A DNA stretch of 64,000 nucleotides, from positions 62,001 to 126,000 of the forward strand of contig JADIIX010000036.1 in assembly GCA_027604505.1 (NCBI GenBank), given 5' to 3'. A model generated the notes under the pieces. It searched no databases and was not told where the DNA came from. It was given only the letters and a program-made list of their open reading frames with translations. The DNA comes from Gonapodya sp. JEL0774. Lineage: Eukaryota. This document shows, piece by piece, positions 39,528 to 51,478 of this stretch. How positions within the stretch are numbered: position 1 is the first letter of the stretch; every line of letters starts with the position of its first letter. A program made the position numbers and the translations under genes.

Positions 39528-39600
39528 CCAATATGTTTGTATTTACTACCTGTGTGGTACCAGATCCAATATGTTTGTATTTACTACCTGCGTGGTACCA
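39528..39600. repeat. 38-bp-period direct tandem repeat, two copies
   Basis: CCAATATGTTTGTATTTACTACCTG(T/C)GTGGTACCA at 39528 and 39566. Confidence 0.9.
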
Positions 39601-39982
39601 ACTGCTTGACGAATTCCTCTGGCGAAAGGTACATAGAGAATATTGCTAAGTGATGAGCTGCATCATGAGCTGAGTCACCACATATTGCCATCCGCCCGTA
39701 ACAGAATGAGACCATGAGAATTTGATTCATACTTAACGACTGCACTTTGAATGGTCTTCAAAAACCTTTCGAACTCGTACATCAAAAATCCGTATATGTT
39801 TGTGAATTCAAAGATAAGCAGGAAATTGCTTTTGAATTTACAGTGATAAAGGGAAGACAACTATCCCAGGGGAAATGATTATAAAATGATATGCTATGTG
39901 CACACAACTCCATTACGAATTAATTACCTTAAATGACAAGTTCAACAGTTTATTTTATGATGCAGGGTTGGCGATACCGCAG

Positions 39983-42220
39983 TCAAACTTCTTCCCAACC
40001 GTCCCACCTCCCTCCTGCACCATCCAAATGTCTCGGCCCGAATCGTTGGACCATCCTCACCACTATTTCTGGTTTCACCACCTCTCCTTGAGAGACCTCA
40101 TAACGAAAAGTACTCAGCTTCGGATGTCCAAGAATTGCATCAAGCGCTTCTGAACCCAGATGCTCGGGATTGCACACCAGCGCCAGATCCCTCAGGTCCC
40201 TGCAACGGTGAACAAGAGACTCCAGGGACCCCGGGTCAGGATGACTGTCGGCAGAAAGTTGGACCACCCGTAGTCGAGGGAGGACCTCGGAGGCTGCCAG
40301 AACAGCTTCTGTGTAGTGTTCTTCATCGACGCGATCGGACTTTACAGCATCTGCTTCTTCTGTAATCGCCGTCCGGCGCCGCAGGCGCAATGCCTGCAGA
40401 CAAGGCCATGCCGACAGTACCGAAACCCAATCCGCATCAACCAGGGCTTCGTGATCCGCAAGTGTGACTTCCCTCAGCTTTCGCAGTTCTCGGAGTTTGT
40501 AGACTGCCCTACGCGGAATAGCCACGGCCGCTATCCTTTCGACAACCTTGCGCCCATCCCATCCACCTCTCCGCTCAAACGGCGGGGATCCCCACAACGC
40601 AATTCTCTCCAGTCCAGGTGCAGCCTCTACAACCGCTACAACGAAAGACTCCATATGCATTGCTGATGGGAACCGCAAGCCTCGTAGGTGAAGGTCCGAA
40701 AGTTTTCTGAGCTTATCAAAAAGGCCAGTGCTCAGTGGTTCCGGCCAGGGGAGACCTCCCGGCGCGTCGCAAGCAAAACGGAGAGTCCGCACATCGTCGA
40801 AGGTGCGTAGGGCACGTACTGTGGCATTTCTCGCAGCGTCAAGAGGATCTTCCGGGGAAGAGGGATTCCGAGGGTCTGACGGCGAGATAGCGGACTGCGC
40901 GGGATCTGAAATGAGTTCATCCACTGAAATGTGAAGCCGTCTGACCGTCCATGTCACGCCCCGATCAGGGTTTAGAGTCGACTGCTCTTCAAGAAGAAGT
41001 ATCTCCGCACCGGCACAATGAAAATGCACACCACCCAGCGCTTTAGTAGAGACCGAGGAGCCCTGAGATACGAGCTGAGAACGGGTAGAGCCAGCTCCGG
41101 ACCGTTTTGCCGGTTCTTCGAAGAACACGGTGAGTCCAGTCAGGCTAGGGAAGGATTCCATAGGCAACCGCATGGCCTCCACAGCCCTCTTGACTTCTGC
41201 AGGTCCGTTGCGAGCGCTGGCCACCGCAACGGTCCAAAAAACGTCCGCCGCCGTCCTGTCCCCAAATGTAATGTGGGTTGCCGGTAACCCTGTGGCTGCA
41301 AGAGCAGTGCGCTGAGCGCGAAGGCGGGACGTTAGAGACAATGCACTGGTTGAAGACCAAGATTTTGTAGATGCACGTGCAAGTGAAGGGGGGGATGGGA
41401 GATGAGCGGACCAGGTGTTGGTACTAGCAAAGCGAGCCGTGAGATGGTGGGTGAGACTGACCGCAGGAGAACCTTGCCACTCCAGCGACAAGCGTGACAT
41501 GCAGCCCAAAGAAACAGCTCCAGGTTTGTTGGCGGATTCAACCGCCTAGCTCCAACAAAATCGGGCAGCTCGTGTCCATATGGGCTCAAACAACGCAACG
41601 AAGGTGATCCTCCCTTCTTTGTTGCTCCTCGCCGACCAACATTTATGCGGAAAGAGAGGCACATCATGCTCACTCTCACCAGTTGCTTCTGCAATAAGAG
41701 TCCATTTTCTACGCGAACCAGAGAGCAGCCCCTATTTTCTCTCCAAACAACCCTCATATTAGCACTCACCGAGATAGACCTCCTCCCGCAGTCGACGCTT
41801 TCCTCTCCAATCCTGGAGCGACCCGCTCTGAAACGTTCCTTCTCACGGTCACTCCGGAAGGAACCGCCAGCCCGAGCATCCCTCCCGAAGTACCACCGAG
41901 CCTCCTCCGCAGCGCCACACCACTTGTACTCTCCTCCAGTCCTCCTTGATCCAGTCCGTTGGCTGCCTTATATCGCTTGGGTACGGTGTCATCGTCAGCA
42001 TCGACATCCCCTCCACGATTCTGCGCTGATTCTATCTCGCGCTGGCAAACATCTATTGCGTGCTTAAGCTCGGGGGTCCGATGTTGCGGTAGCACAGTGA
42101 GAGCAGCTGAGTGTAACAGGCGCAAGATCGGTAACGACGGGGACATGAGCCCGGGAAACGGGAAGGCAGGCAGTAGGGCAAGGAGAAAAGGAGAGAGCAG
42201 AAACAACACAGTGTGAATGC
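39983..42220 (-). CDS. RNI-like leucine-rich-repeat protein (FBXL-like repeats), multi-exon, 5' end uncertain
   Basis: The 508-aa ORF has LxxLxL units (LRKLSDLHLRGL, LERIALW, LRKLREVTL, LQALRLRR, LRVVQLS, LRDLALVC, LSTFRY). Upstream ORF 41766-42209 likely belongs to the same gene. Confidence 0.6.
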
Positions 42221-42440
42221 ACTAGCGTAGACTGGCAGCGGAAAAATCGTTTTTGGTGTTTGATCTCACCTCACGGGCCGCCAGTGTACATAGGTAGTTT
42301 GACCTGTGCACTCCACTTTTCCAAAACTCAAGCTTCTCAAACTGAGAGGACACAATCGTTTATACACTATTCAAACCTCAAATCTGCTAATACAAATATA
42401 CTAAAAATGTACTCATGCCCATATTAATCATAAATCGCAT

Positions 42441-45400
42441 TCAAATGAGAAGAGTTTCAACTCCTTCCATGTCATAGGACCACTCAAACCGCTCCTCCTC
42501 CATTCGTGCTTCCTCCTCATTTTCACTTGCGGGTCTTCCACTTTCACCCGCTTCAACGTCAAAAGGCGAACTCTGACCACATGAGACCTCCCTTGGTTCA
42601 ATGTTAACCATAGAACTAGAATCAAAGAACTGATTGTCACCACCTTCGATACTGAAACCATCAAAATTGTGATCCGCCGTCTCTGAGTAATCCACTCCCG
42701 TAACACCTGCCAACGTCGCCGCTACTGCTTCGGTTAGCTCCGGATCGATCGCCATGTCATCCTCCTGTTTCACGGTCCTCTTGCCACCCACAGATGACGG
42801 ATCAACACCAAATAGATCCATGTACGCAGCCGAAAGAGTGCGCTCTGGCCCATTTCCTCCATCACCAAGATGTAGTGCCGCTCTCAACTCTTCTGGGTTT
42901 AATATGCGCAAGAATTCAGCAAGATCCACATCAGAAGTCGCCACAAGAGACGGTGACAGGCCATTGACAGGTACATTCTGGTGCAGGCCCGGGGAAGGAG
43001 ATCCAGCTCCACCAAGGTACACTGGATTTATTGGGGAAAGGGGTTGCGGTAAAGTCGCTGGGGCAAGTACTGGTGACCATTCCCCGATCTGAAGTGCAGC
43101 CTGCCACTGGGAGACAAAAGAACTCCCGATGCTTGACGAAGGGCTTGCCGGACCGGATGCTGACTCGTGCTCCGACCCGACAGACGACGTCGACGAGCTC
43201 GCCGCAGAAAGAGAGCGCGGAACAGTCACTGGGACTGGCATGTGGAGGTGCGGTTGGTGCGGTTGATGCAGTTGATTGTTTTGGTGAGATTGGTGTGAGT
43301 TGGCAACTGGAAGTGAGTGCTGGTGAACGTTCAAATACATCCCATGAGCTACTTGTGGTTGATGTCCAAGGCTCTGGGTAAATGCGTTAATAGCGTGCCC
43401 TTGAAGCTGTGGGGACGCTTGTCTCGTCAGCGGCGATGGAAGAATACCAAACCCTCCGGAAGATGCAGACGCGGGGCTGCCGGTTCTCGGCGAGGGGGAC
43501 ACCGCTCCACTCGACCCTCCATTCCCGTTAGCATTGCCAGGGGTTGGTACCAATAATGTCAACGGGGCTCTCGAAGAGCTCCGTGAATGCCGCGACTTGA
43601 GCCCACCAGGTGATATGTGGCTCGCTGGCGCAGACGGTTCGTCGAGTGAGTGAGCAAGTGGAGATGGATGGAACGTCGGGTGGAAGTATGGGTGATGGAC
43701 GTGAGGGTGAGGGTACGGGTGCGGGTGCGGGTGCGGGTGCAGATGTGGATGAGCATGCTGATGGCCATGATGATGAATGGGGTTCACAGCCACTCCCACT
43801 CCCAAATTGGTGACGAAGTGTTGTGGGGCAATCACCGGAACAATACTGTGCTGCTGTCTCGGGTCAGCCATCGCAGAGATGCTGAAACCACCTGCAGGCC
43901 CGTCGACGAGCGATGCAAATGGAGATGCAGTGGAGTGGTTGCCTCCTCGGTTGATGGACTTGGTAGGTACCGATGCACCTGTGGTGCTAATGGGGTTCTT
44001 CGAGGCATTGGAAGCCGATCGGCGCAGGTTAACATGGGACGAGTGGGCAGAGGATGAGGCTATGGTAGATTCGATGTCATCTGATGCGGGACAAGCATCC
44101 GCCCGCCCCGCAACAGGGTCCACATCCAGTTGTGGCAGAGACCTTGTCCTTCTCACAGCCACAGGCGACTGGAGATCTTCCGCGTGAATCCCAATGGCAC
44201 TTTGTCCATATGTCAGTGTCTCTCCATTTCGCACACCTTGTCCAATTCCACCCGACACCATCGACGTCGCCGTAAGGATCTGCTGCTGCACCCGCGCATC
44301 TGCCTGCTGCTGCAACAGTTGCACTTCCATCTGCGCACGAATTTCATTTTGCAGCCGTTCTGCGTGCACTCGCACCTCCTCTTGTTGTTCGCGCATTCTG
44401 CGAATCATTTCCCGCTGAACCATAGCCTGGTACTGGCGAACACCCACTGTCTCCACCTTCATTCCCAACGCATCCTGCCCCTCAAGCGTTTCGAGATTTA
44501 TCTCGCTCGACTGCGACTCCGACTGCAAATTCATTTCTGCTCCATGAGTAGAGATATCGATTTGTCGTTCGGAGTGCTGCTGCGCCTGTTGTTGAGAGTC
44601 CTGTTCAGCCTGGAGCTGAGCTTGCTGCTGCTGGATCTGCTGCTGTGCTTGTAGCACCAGATGCTGCATTTGCAACTTCCTGTGCTCCCTTGAGGCCAGA
44701 TGCGGTGCGTGATGTTCATGTTGTGTCCGATGCACTTGCTGCCTGGACTCCACATTACCAAACATGACTTGTGCTCCACCCCATGCCTCGCCACCCCAAC
44801 CATCGTCTATCTCTTCCTCAGCCACCTCCTTCTCTGCCTTATCCCCAACACCCGACTTCCCTTCCACCTCAACCTTCCAACTAACAAGATCAGCCTGCAT
44901 CGCGCGCACTTCATCTTCTCTCTCCGCCCCAGAATCAACCTCCGAACCCACGGTAGTCGTTGTCCATGCTGACTGTGACGATTCGTACCCTGAGAGCCCC
45001 GAATCATCTCCTGTATGACTGGCTGCCGCCGAAAGGAAAGCAGAGCTGCCCTGTGGAGGAATCGGCACGGAAGTAGCGGCATTACCGAGTTCCCCTGAGT
45101 CCAACTTTTTTAACACTGCAGGTAACTCGTCCGCAACCAGTCCTGCCCTCTTGGTTACTTCCACCAACCCGTTCCTCTTCAACCGAGAATCCAACGCCGA
45201 GTAATCTATGGTCGGCCCCTCCCACCAATCCGGCTTGGCAAACCTTCCACCACATTTCTTCTTATCGCGAACCGCATTGCAGGTCTGGATTACCAGACGG
45301 AGGTCAGGTTTATAATCATTTTCAGCTCCATCCTCATCTCCGAGACCCATCCGAACCACTACTTTCCTCTCATTTGCCCAACCCAAATCTACGAACTTGA

Positions 45401-45777
45401 GAAGGACCGAATGTCCGCAATTTGGGCGCGGGCAGGTGACTGGTCGAGCAATGTTCTCTAGCCCAACTTCGAGTGCGGAAAGAAGGTAGGTCTTAAGCGA
45501 GACATGCCGGAGATTTCGCTTTGCAGAAACCGCTAGCAATGGAGTCGCAAAGGGAATAAGTAAGAGGTGCAGGAGGTCTGAGCGCAGAAGAACACCTTCG
45601 GCATCCGCAACCCCAGAAAGACAAGGATTTCCAAACACACTTCTCCCGCAATCGTTGCCACCATGCCATCCGCTCAAAAAGCCGTTCCTCAGATGACAAA
45701 TTCAACTCACCGTTAATTCCCCCTAATCTACACTCGCCCTTATACTTTGCTTCGTTGCGGCGACGAGTTTCAATACC
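42441..45777 (-). CDS. Uncharacterised Cys/His-domain family protein, paralog P5 (Q-rich, His-Pro repeat, acidic C-terminus)
   Basis: Main exon 45532-42441: KRNLRHVSLKTYLLSALEVG...CPRPNCGH..LKFVDLGW...QTCNAVRDKKKCGGRFAKPDWWEGPTIDYSALDSRLKRNG. The upstream exon ending at 45711 (GIETRRRNEAKYKGECRLGGIN) is homologous to a P3 exon. The gene probably extends further 5'. Confidence 0.82.
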
Positions 45778-46141
45778 TAATTCAGAGTGCAAGAAGATAG
45801 GCGTGAATGATAAATGATTTGACCAGCACCTTGAGTTCGATGAGGGGCACGTCCAGTCAAATATCCCGTGTATCCAAGTGTGACTATCTGAGTCCCAGCC
45901 TGTTCCCATCCGGAGAAAGCGGGTAACCGCAAGTCTAGAAGGACCTGTGGTATTCCGGCACACCGATTCGGCAAAAAAGTTGGGGCGAGGGTAACCTTTT
46001 TGGGCCCACTCTCAACACTTGTATGGTACTAGTCAACCGGTGTGCAAGTATCTCTCAGCAGCCGAGTTCGTTCGCCCCGATCCACCACTAGTACTCCATC
46101 AATCATTGTCGGTGGTCCGAGGAGACAATCAAATCCTTCTT

Positions 46142-47113
46142 TTACCCACCATGAATTCCACCTGTAACGCAGTCTGCTGCGGTTTTAGAAGATTTGCCGC
46201 GGGGGACGCTTCTAGACGGGCCGGTTCCCGGTGAAGGGCGTGGCGATGGCGGGTGGGCGATAACAGTCACTGTCAGTGAAGAGGGATCCAAGCAATTATT
46301 TGGCGTGGACGAAGAGTACGGAGAGGCATAGGAAGGGGGAGGTGGTGATGGTAACAGAGGTGGTGATGTGCGAGGCCGTTTCTTGCGGGGTTTTTTCGAT
46401 TTGGCGAGTTGGGGAGCACATTGCAATGGGGTTGTTGAGACCGCGTGTGGTATGGAATGGTGTGGGGGAACCGGATTCGAAGGAGAAGCGGAGGTCGAAG
46501 TGTTCGCCAAGGCGCTACCAGCACTACTACTAGAGGATTGCGGAGCTGAGAACGAATTGTCAAGGGCGAGGACGGCACCGAGCCCAATACCCAGTCGAGC
46601 TTCCGGAAAAGGCCCTTCATCGTCACCACTTTCAGAGTCATCAATGTAACCGGAGTCGATGTCCTCAGTGAGTGGTGCAGCGGAGAACAGAAAGGGTAGA
46701 GGGACTTGATGCGATGAATTCTGATTAGAAAACATAGATGCGCGTACTGTGAGGGAGTTGTCAGGAGCATCAACGTCCTCGTCTCCGAAATAGTCTGGGT
46801 CCTGGCTCGGATGTCCGCCTGCGGAGTCCTGTTCTTGGCGGATGGCAGAGTGGGTTTGAGATTGCGATTGTAGTTGCATCCATGAGACGGCGGCCGACCA
46901 GCGGCGGGGGAACTGGTCCATCGGCGAGCCTGACGATACTAACGAAGGATCGACACAACCTCCCGACTCGACATGAGCGTCATAACCGCCATAGAAACCA
47001 ACATCAGCAGCACTGGCCAACACCAGCGCGGATCCATGCCGCAAAAAGGCAGGAGTAGGGTTTTTATCGGGAGGTATTGGAGAGTCCTCCCCGTCGTCAC
47101 TGGAATCATCCAT
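46142..47113 (-). CDS. Acidic Ser/Pro-rich ORF with basic NLS-like motif, possibly the first exon of paralog P5
   Basis: About 323 codons from the ATG at 47113, containing KSKKPRKKRPR. It can be spliced in frame towards P5 only via weak donors (GTAAAA, GTGCTG). Confidence 0.5.
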   Translation of the reverse strand: MDDSSDDGEDSPIPPDKNPTPAFLRHGSALVLASAADVGFYGGYDAHVESGGCVDPSLVSSGSPMDQFPRRWSAAVSWMQLQSQSQTHSAIRQEQDSAGGHPSQDPDYFGDEDVDAPDNSLTVRASMFSNQNSSHQVPLPFLFSAAPLTEDIDSGYIDDSESGDDEGPFPEARLGIGLGAVLALDNSFSAPQSSSSSAGSALANTSTSASPSNPVPPHHSIPHAVSTTPLQCAPQLAKSKKPRKKRPRTSPPLLPSPPPPSYASPYSSSTPNNCLDPSSLTVTVIAHPPSPRPSPGTGPSRSVPRGKSSKTAADCVTGGIHGG

Positions 47114-47736
47114 TTTCAATACTCGGTCCAGGCTCAGGCCCTTGTCTTTCTCGTTTTGTGTTCGGTAAATCAGAGCTTTCAGTCCTTGGTCTTGTCTCTG
47201 CTGTCTCCTCTCTGCTGTCTCCCCTTCTTGTCACTTTCTTCGAACTCGAATCCCTTCCTCTTCTTTTGTGCTCAAAGACTCTGAAATCACTCTTCAGACT
47301 GATGTCAGAATACGCCGCTGTTCCTGATCACACTTGTCCTCCTGGTGCTTATTTTGTGGTGCCTTAGTCGTGCTCTCGAAAGTCAACACAATATCTACAA
47401 CCTCTGCAAGTGATGATGCCGAATCACTGTAAACAGTGTACTCAAGTTGTTTCTATGAGTGGATTGGTGCAATATTTGGAGTCATCACAATTATCCACCG
47501 CCATCCATTCCTGCCCCTCAACTAATCAATGGGTCAGGTCGCTATTTCAAATGCTTTGTTCTGGTTTTGATAAATGACTCTGTAGTCGAAAGCCAGTTTC
47601 AAATCCTTACCCGTTCTAATGATGAACCCACAGTTGCTGACTCTTGGCAGTTCCAATTCTCGACGTGAAACACATCCCGCGAGTATAAATTCTTCCGGGC
47701 AGGAGGACATTCGTGGATTGCACGTCATTATCTCAA

Positions 47737-49126
47737 TCACGGACGGACTTCTCCTTCAACCCAGCAGTCTACAGCTACCCACGATACGGACATATTGTAC
47801 CCATACACTATTGCATTTGTGGAATTCCAATCAATATAACCTCCAGCCCAATCGCGGGTGCCTTGAGGGCCTGCACCACCATCCTATAAAACAGCATTTC
47901 CAGTGCCTCTCAGGGTTCAGGCAAAAAGCGCATACAGACGTGTTCGTCACGGGTTCGACACAAGCACCTACCCAAATTCCAATACTGATCGTGCTCGCCT
48001 GAGTCGGAAAGAGGTAAGAACCGTTGTACGGTGGCCCGCTTGCACGAGGAAAGTCTGACTTGTCAATTGTGCGGATAGGGGCATTGTCCATTGTCCAGCT
48101 GAGAATAAAACTGATGGAAAAACGCTCGAAAATCTTTGACACCACCGCAAACTCACGTGATATTGTCAGGAGTCCAATCCATTCCATACAGGTGGAACGT
48201 ATCAGCCGCATCCGAACCGTCGGGTAAGGGGTGGTTCCCACCACGCCCGTATTCTTGAACTCCCAAACGAAACCAATTTGTCCACACTTGTGAAGTCTGG
48301 GGTGGTATGGGCATGAAGAACATTTCTAGAATTGCATACGGTAACTCACATTTGCACCAACCCATCTTGGGAGTGAAGGAGCGCAAGTTTGTCGATATAC
48401 TCGGAACTCTTCACGACTGGAGCACTCCATCTCACTCACTCGAGATCGATCTCGTCCCCGTCTGGTGATATGGTAATGAACGCATCCACGACTCCAGGTA
48501 CCTTGATCAGATTCATTCAAGAAAAGTTTAGTTCGACAACTTTTCTAGACAATCGAAACTCTCACCGTCCCCGGCCCCGCCTCAATCCTCGCAGTAACTT
48601 TTCCGTACTTCAACTGACGACTCCATTTCATCGTGGTAGCTACACCCTGCCAATTTCCGGCCTCGTTGGTCGTGTTCCCCTTGAGCAGCTGCAGGACCAC
48701 GTTGCCATCCTCTGAGAACGTGTAATGGCCTGGAGGGATGGCACTGTCGGGCGAGTTCTCCGCGAAACACCTAGTATCGTACCTTCTGGGTTAATCAGCC
48801 ACGTTGTTTCGTTATGGAAGTTATCGTTTGCGGTGTTTCGGGGTATCTGCAGTGATGAATGTCAGCCAACACAATGATTCGCGATCACGTCTAAAACCAA
48901 CCAGTTGCGCAAGAGTAGTGGAGTTATCATTTGCATTTCTTGAAAAAGTGTAGTTTCCCGAGACGCAAGCCATGGAGTGAGAGTTTGGGTTTGTTCGTGA
49001 GGTCACCAGCCGTGGAATCGATCCAGTCCACGCGGAGAGCCCCGACACGAGTGAGAGGGATGTAACCAGTGCCGCTAGTATCACAACCAGAAGCAGAGTG
49101 CATGTGCCGAGTGGAGGAGCCATCAT
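47737..49126 (-). CDS. Secreted glycoside hydrolase family 16 (Crh/Utr2-like), multi-exon
   Basis: Hydrophobic N-terminus, GVVDAFITISPDGDEIDLEWVG (ExDxE catalytic motif, split by an intron), DTFHLYGMDWTPDNITW, FPTQASTISIGIW, GTRDWAGGYIDW. Confidence 0.9.
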
Positions 49127-49298
49127 AAAACACAAGTGTGACGTCACATGTACATACATCCGATTCAAATGCTTTTCATGATAATCTTCACCATTTACAT
49201 AATTTTGCACTCTTCATAATTCTCTAGGCAGTTGGAGTGTGCTGCATGTAATCTGTGGTGTCTGTCAGCGGTATTAGAGAAGTAGATTCGATCAATTG

Positions 49299-51287
49299 CT
49301 AAGCAATGTTGGCATGATCGTCCACGAGCTAAAGAATACCAGCAAAATGGATGGTGAGGGGGTTAGATGTCAGAGCAGAGCCACTCAAGCACAAACTTTT
49401 TGAAGCTCGTCCTGAAGCGCCTCACAAAACTCATCGACAGGGAGGCTGTTTGTGAAAGGTAACCATGATGTCACAATTCAAGCAGGATGCGGAGTTATGC
49501 CCACTCACTCGTTTTCATCTGGTACAACAAGTCCGAGCACGACAACCACGCAAGTGACAGTCACGATGACACTATTTTATGGAGGAGGTACAAAAACACT
49601 CAGCTCACCATATCTACAGGGAAAATTACCCCAGTGTTAACAAAAACTTAGAAGAGTGATCGAAAACCGCAAGAAGGCGAGTATTCTACGTACCCGAAAG
49701 GCATCTCGACTGTTAGTTTGACATCAAATGAGGTGAGCAACAGAGACGACATAGTAGTGAGCACGGCAACACTACCGAAAAGAGGTATATTTTCAGCACT
49801 AGGACACCATGGCTCACGTTGTCTCGCAATCATTTCCACACCCAACAAGCAGTACCCTGTGATGGCAACAATAAGAACCATCCACCAACCCAGAAGCTGA
49901 AAGAGCTGAATCGGCAAAGTAAAGCAATAAATAAGCAAGATTTGCTGGAACACATGAGATAATTTAGATGACTACAGGATCAACAAGATGCAGTTCCTCG
50001 TGAAATACCTTCAGGTGGATGTTGTAAGCCTTCGGACTGCAAACCACCATCAAATTAGATACATAGAAATTTTCAGAGTGGCAACTCCACCTACATGGGA
50101 GATGTCGCGATGCGCTCAAGTGAAGTAGCGGAGTCCACAAGACCAGTTATCATTGAGTCAGTAGATGACCCGTATGGCAGGAGTGGCATGATGTTCGCAG
50201 CAATGTTAAGGGCATTGTGCTTTGCAAGCGCCTGTGCAATCCTGACTGAAATTGCATACATCATTGAGCACAAGACGGCAAGGAGGGAGGCTCAAACAAA
50301 CGTCAAAAAGGAACTCCCGTACACGTACAGGGCAATTTATCAGGGTAAGGGGAATTACTGGGATCTACTTCCAGAGCCGTTGAAGCATTGGAAGCACCGA
50401 AGGCCAAATCTCCTGTTGATGTACCGGTGTTCGAGCCTCGAACGGTGCGAGCCTCGGACTCGGATTCGAGTTCGATAGCACTTCCATTTTGAAGAGATGT
50501 CACTTTGGTCACAATCGCTGGCGGAATGACGCTTTTGAATTCTTCTGGAAAGTCCTCCCATGTCGAAATATCGTTTTCTGTCGGGTTAACTGCTCTATTG
50601 GTACAGGCGACGGAGAGAGTTTCATCAGTTAATCACTCACCAGCGCGAAGGTAGTGTTTCAGTGAGTGCATGAATGCCACGATTAGTTTAAATGCTTTCT
50701 GAATGGCCTCCTCCCCTTGTGGGCTTTTGTTCAAATATACTCCGGTCACCGTAAGCCGCATAATGTTCCTCATTTGAGACGTAATGGTTCCAAAGACCTT
50801 GCGACCTTCACTAAAACGATCATATCCTTGATTTGATCTAAAAGCTAGGAGCAGCGACAAAACGACTCCGAGCTGCAAGCCATGGATCAGTTTCAGCGAC
50901 AGAAAAAGGCAACGTCTAACATAATTGCAAGATCCTCACAAGAGTAATGAAAGAATTCTGAGAAAGTGATATCGACGCTATTGGGAGAGGCGTGTATGTA
51001 TTGCAGTCATCGTATATCCTGAAATGGACAACTGAAACGAACCGCCTGCGTAGTAGTTAAGAGCAGCAATCAAAACTGTCCAGATAGTGAGTAGGAAAAC
51101 TGATGGCAGAACTTGGAATGCGATGGAGCCGCGGTGGAAGAAGAGAGCCTCGTAAAACCAGCTCTGGGACGAAAAACGGCATGAACACCTCCTAGATTGA
51201 TGGAAAGCACTTCTCAGTCCGCAAACGCACGCGCTTGACACGTCGAATGTGCTTATGCACGGGGTGGTGGTGTGGAAAGGAAAACAT
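49299..51287 (-). CDS. Bestrophin/UPF0187-type anion channel, paralog B1
   Basis: LGVVLSLLLAFRSNQGYDRFSEGRKVFG, LERIATSPMPKAYNIHLKQILLIYCFTLP, and spliced EMPFGYDENDLPVDEFC. Confidence 0.9.
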
Positions 51288-51478
51288 CTTTCAATCTGGA
51301 GAACTATTTACTTTCAAATCTAGGAGAGGAGGTGGCCCTGGAAGCCCACCACCACAACAATCCTCCTTTCACATCCGGAATTTTATTCTCAGTTACAAGG
51401 ATTTTTGGATTATGAAATAGGATTTACGTGGGTAGTTGCAAGGATGAAGCTCCCGGGAATAAGCGACAGAGTAATCAA

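Noticed and set aside
39983..42220. F-box domain in the LRR protein
   Set aside because: No convincing LPxE(I/L)xxxI motif was found in the frames examined.
45533..45710. N-terminal part of the 1078-aa ORF (MSGWHGG...LLAVS) as a signal peptide or TM segment of P5
   Set aside because: It lies in a predicted intron (GTGAGT...CTAG). Its removal joins an exon homologous to that of P3.
19719..45777. The five Cys/His-domain genes as transposon copies (e.g. KDZ CxC or other transposase Zn fingers)
   Set aside because: I found no transposase or RT catalytic region, terminal repeats or target-site duplications. Similarity is confined to protein motifs, and the genes carry spliceosomal introns.
25200..47400. 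Mating-type locus
   Set aside because: No HMG-box, homeodomain, alpha-box or pheromone/receptor sequence was recognised.
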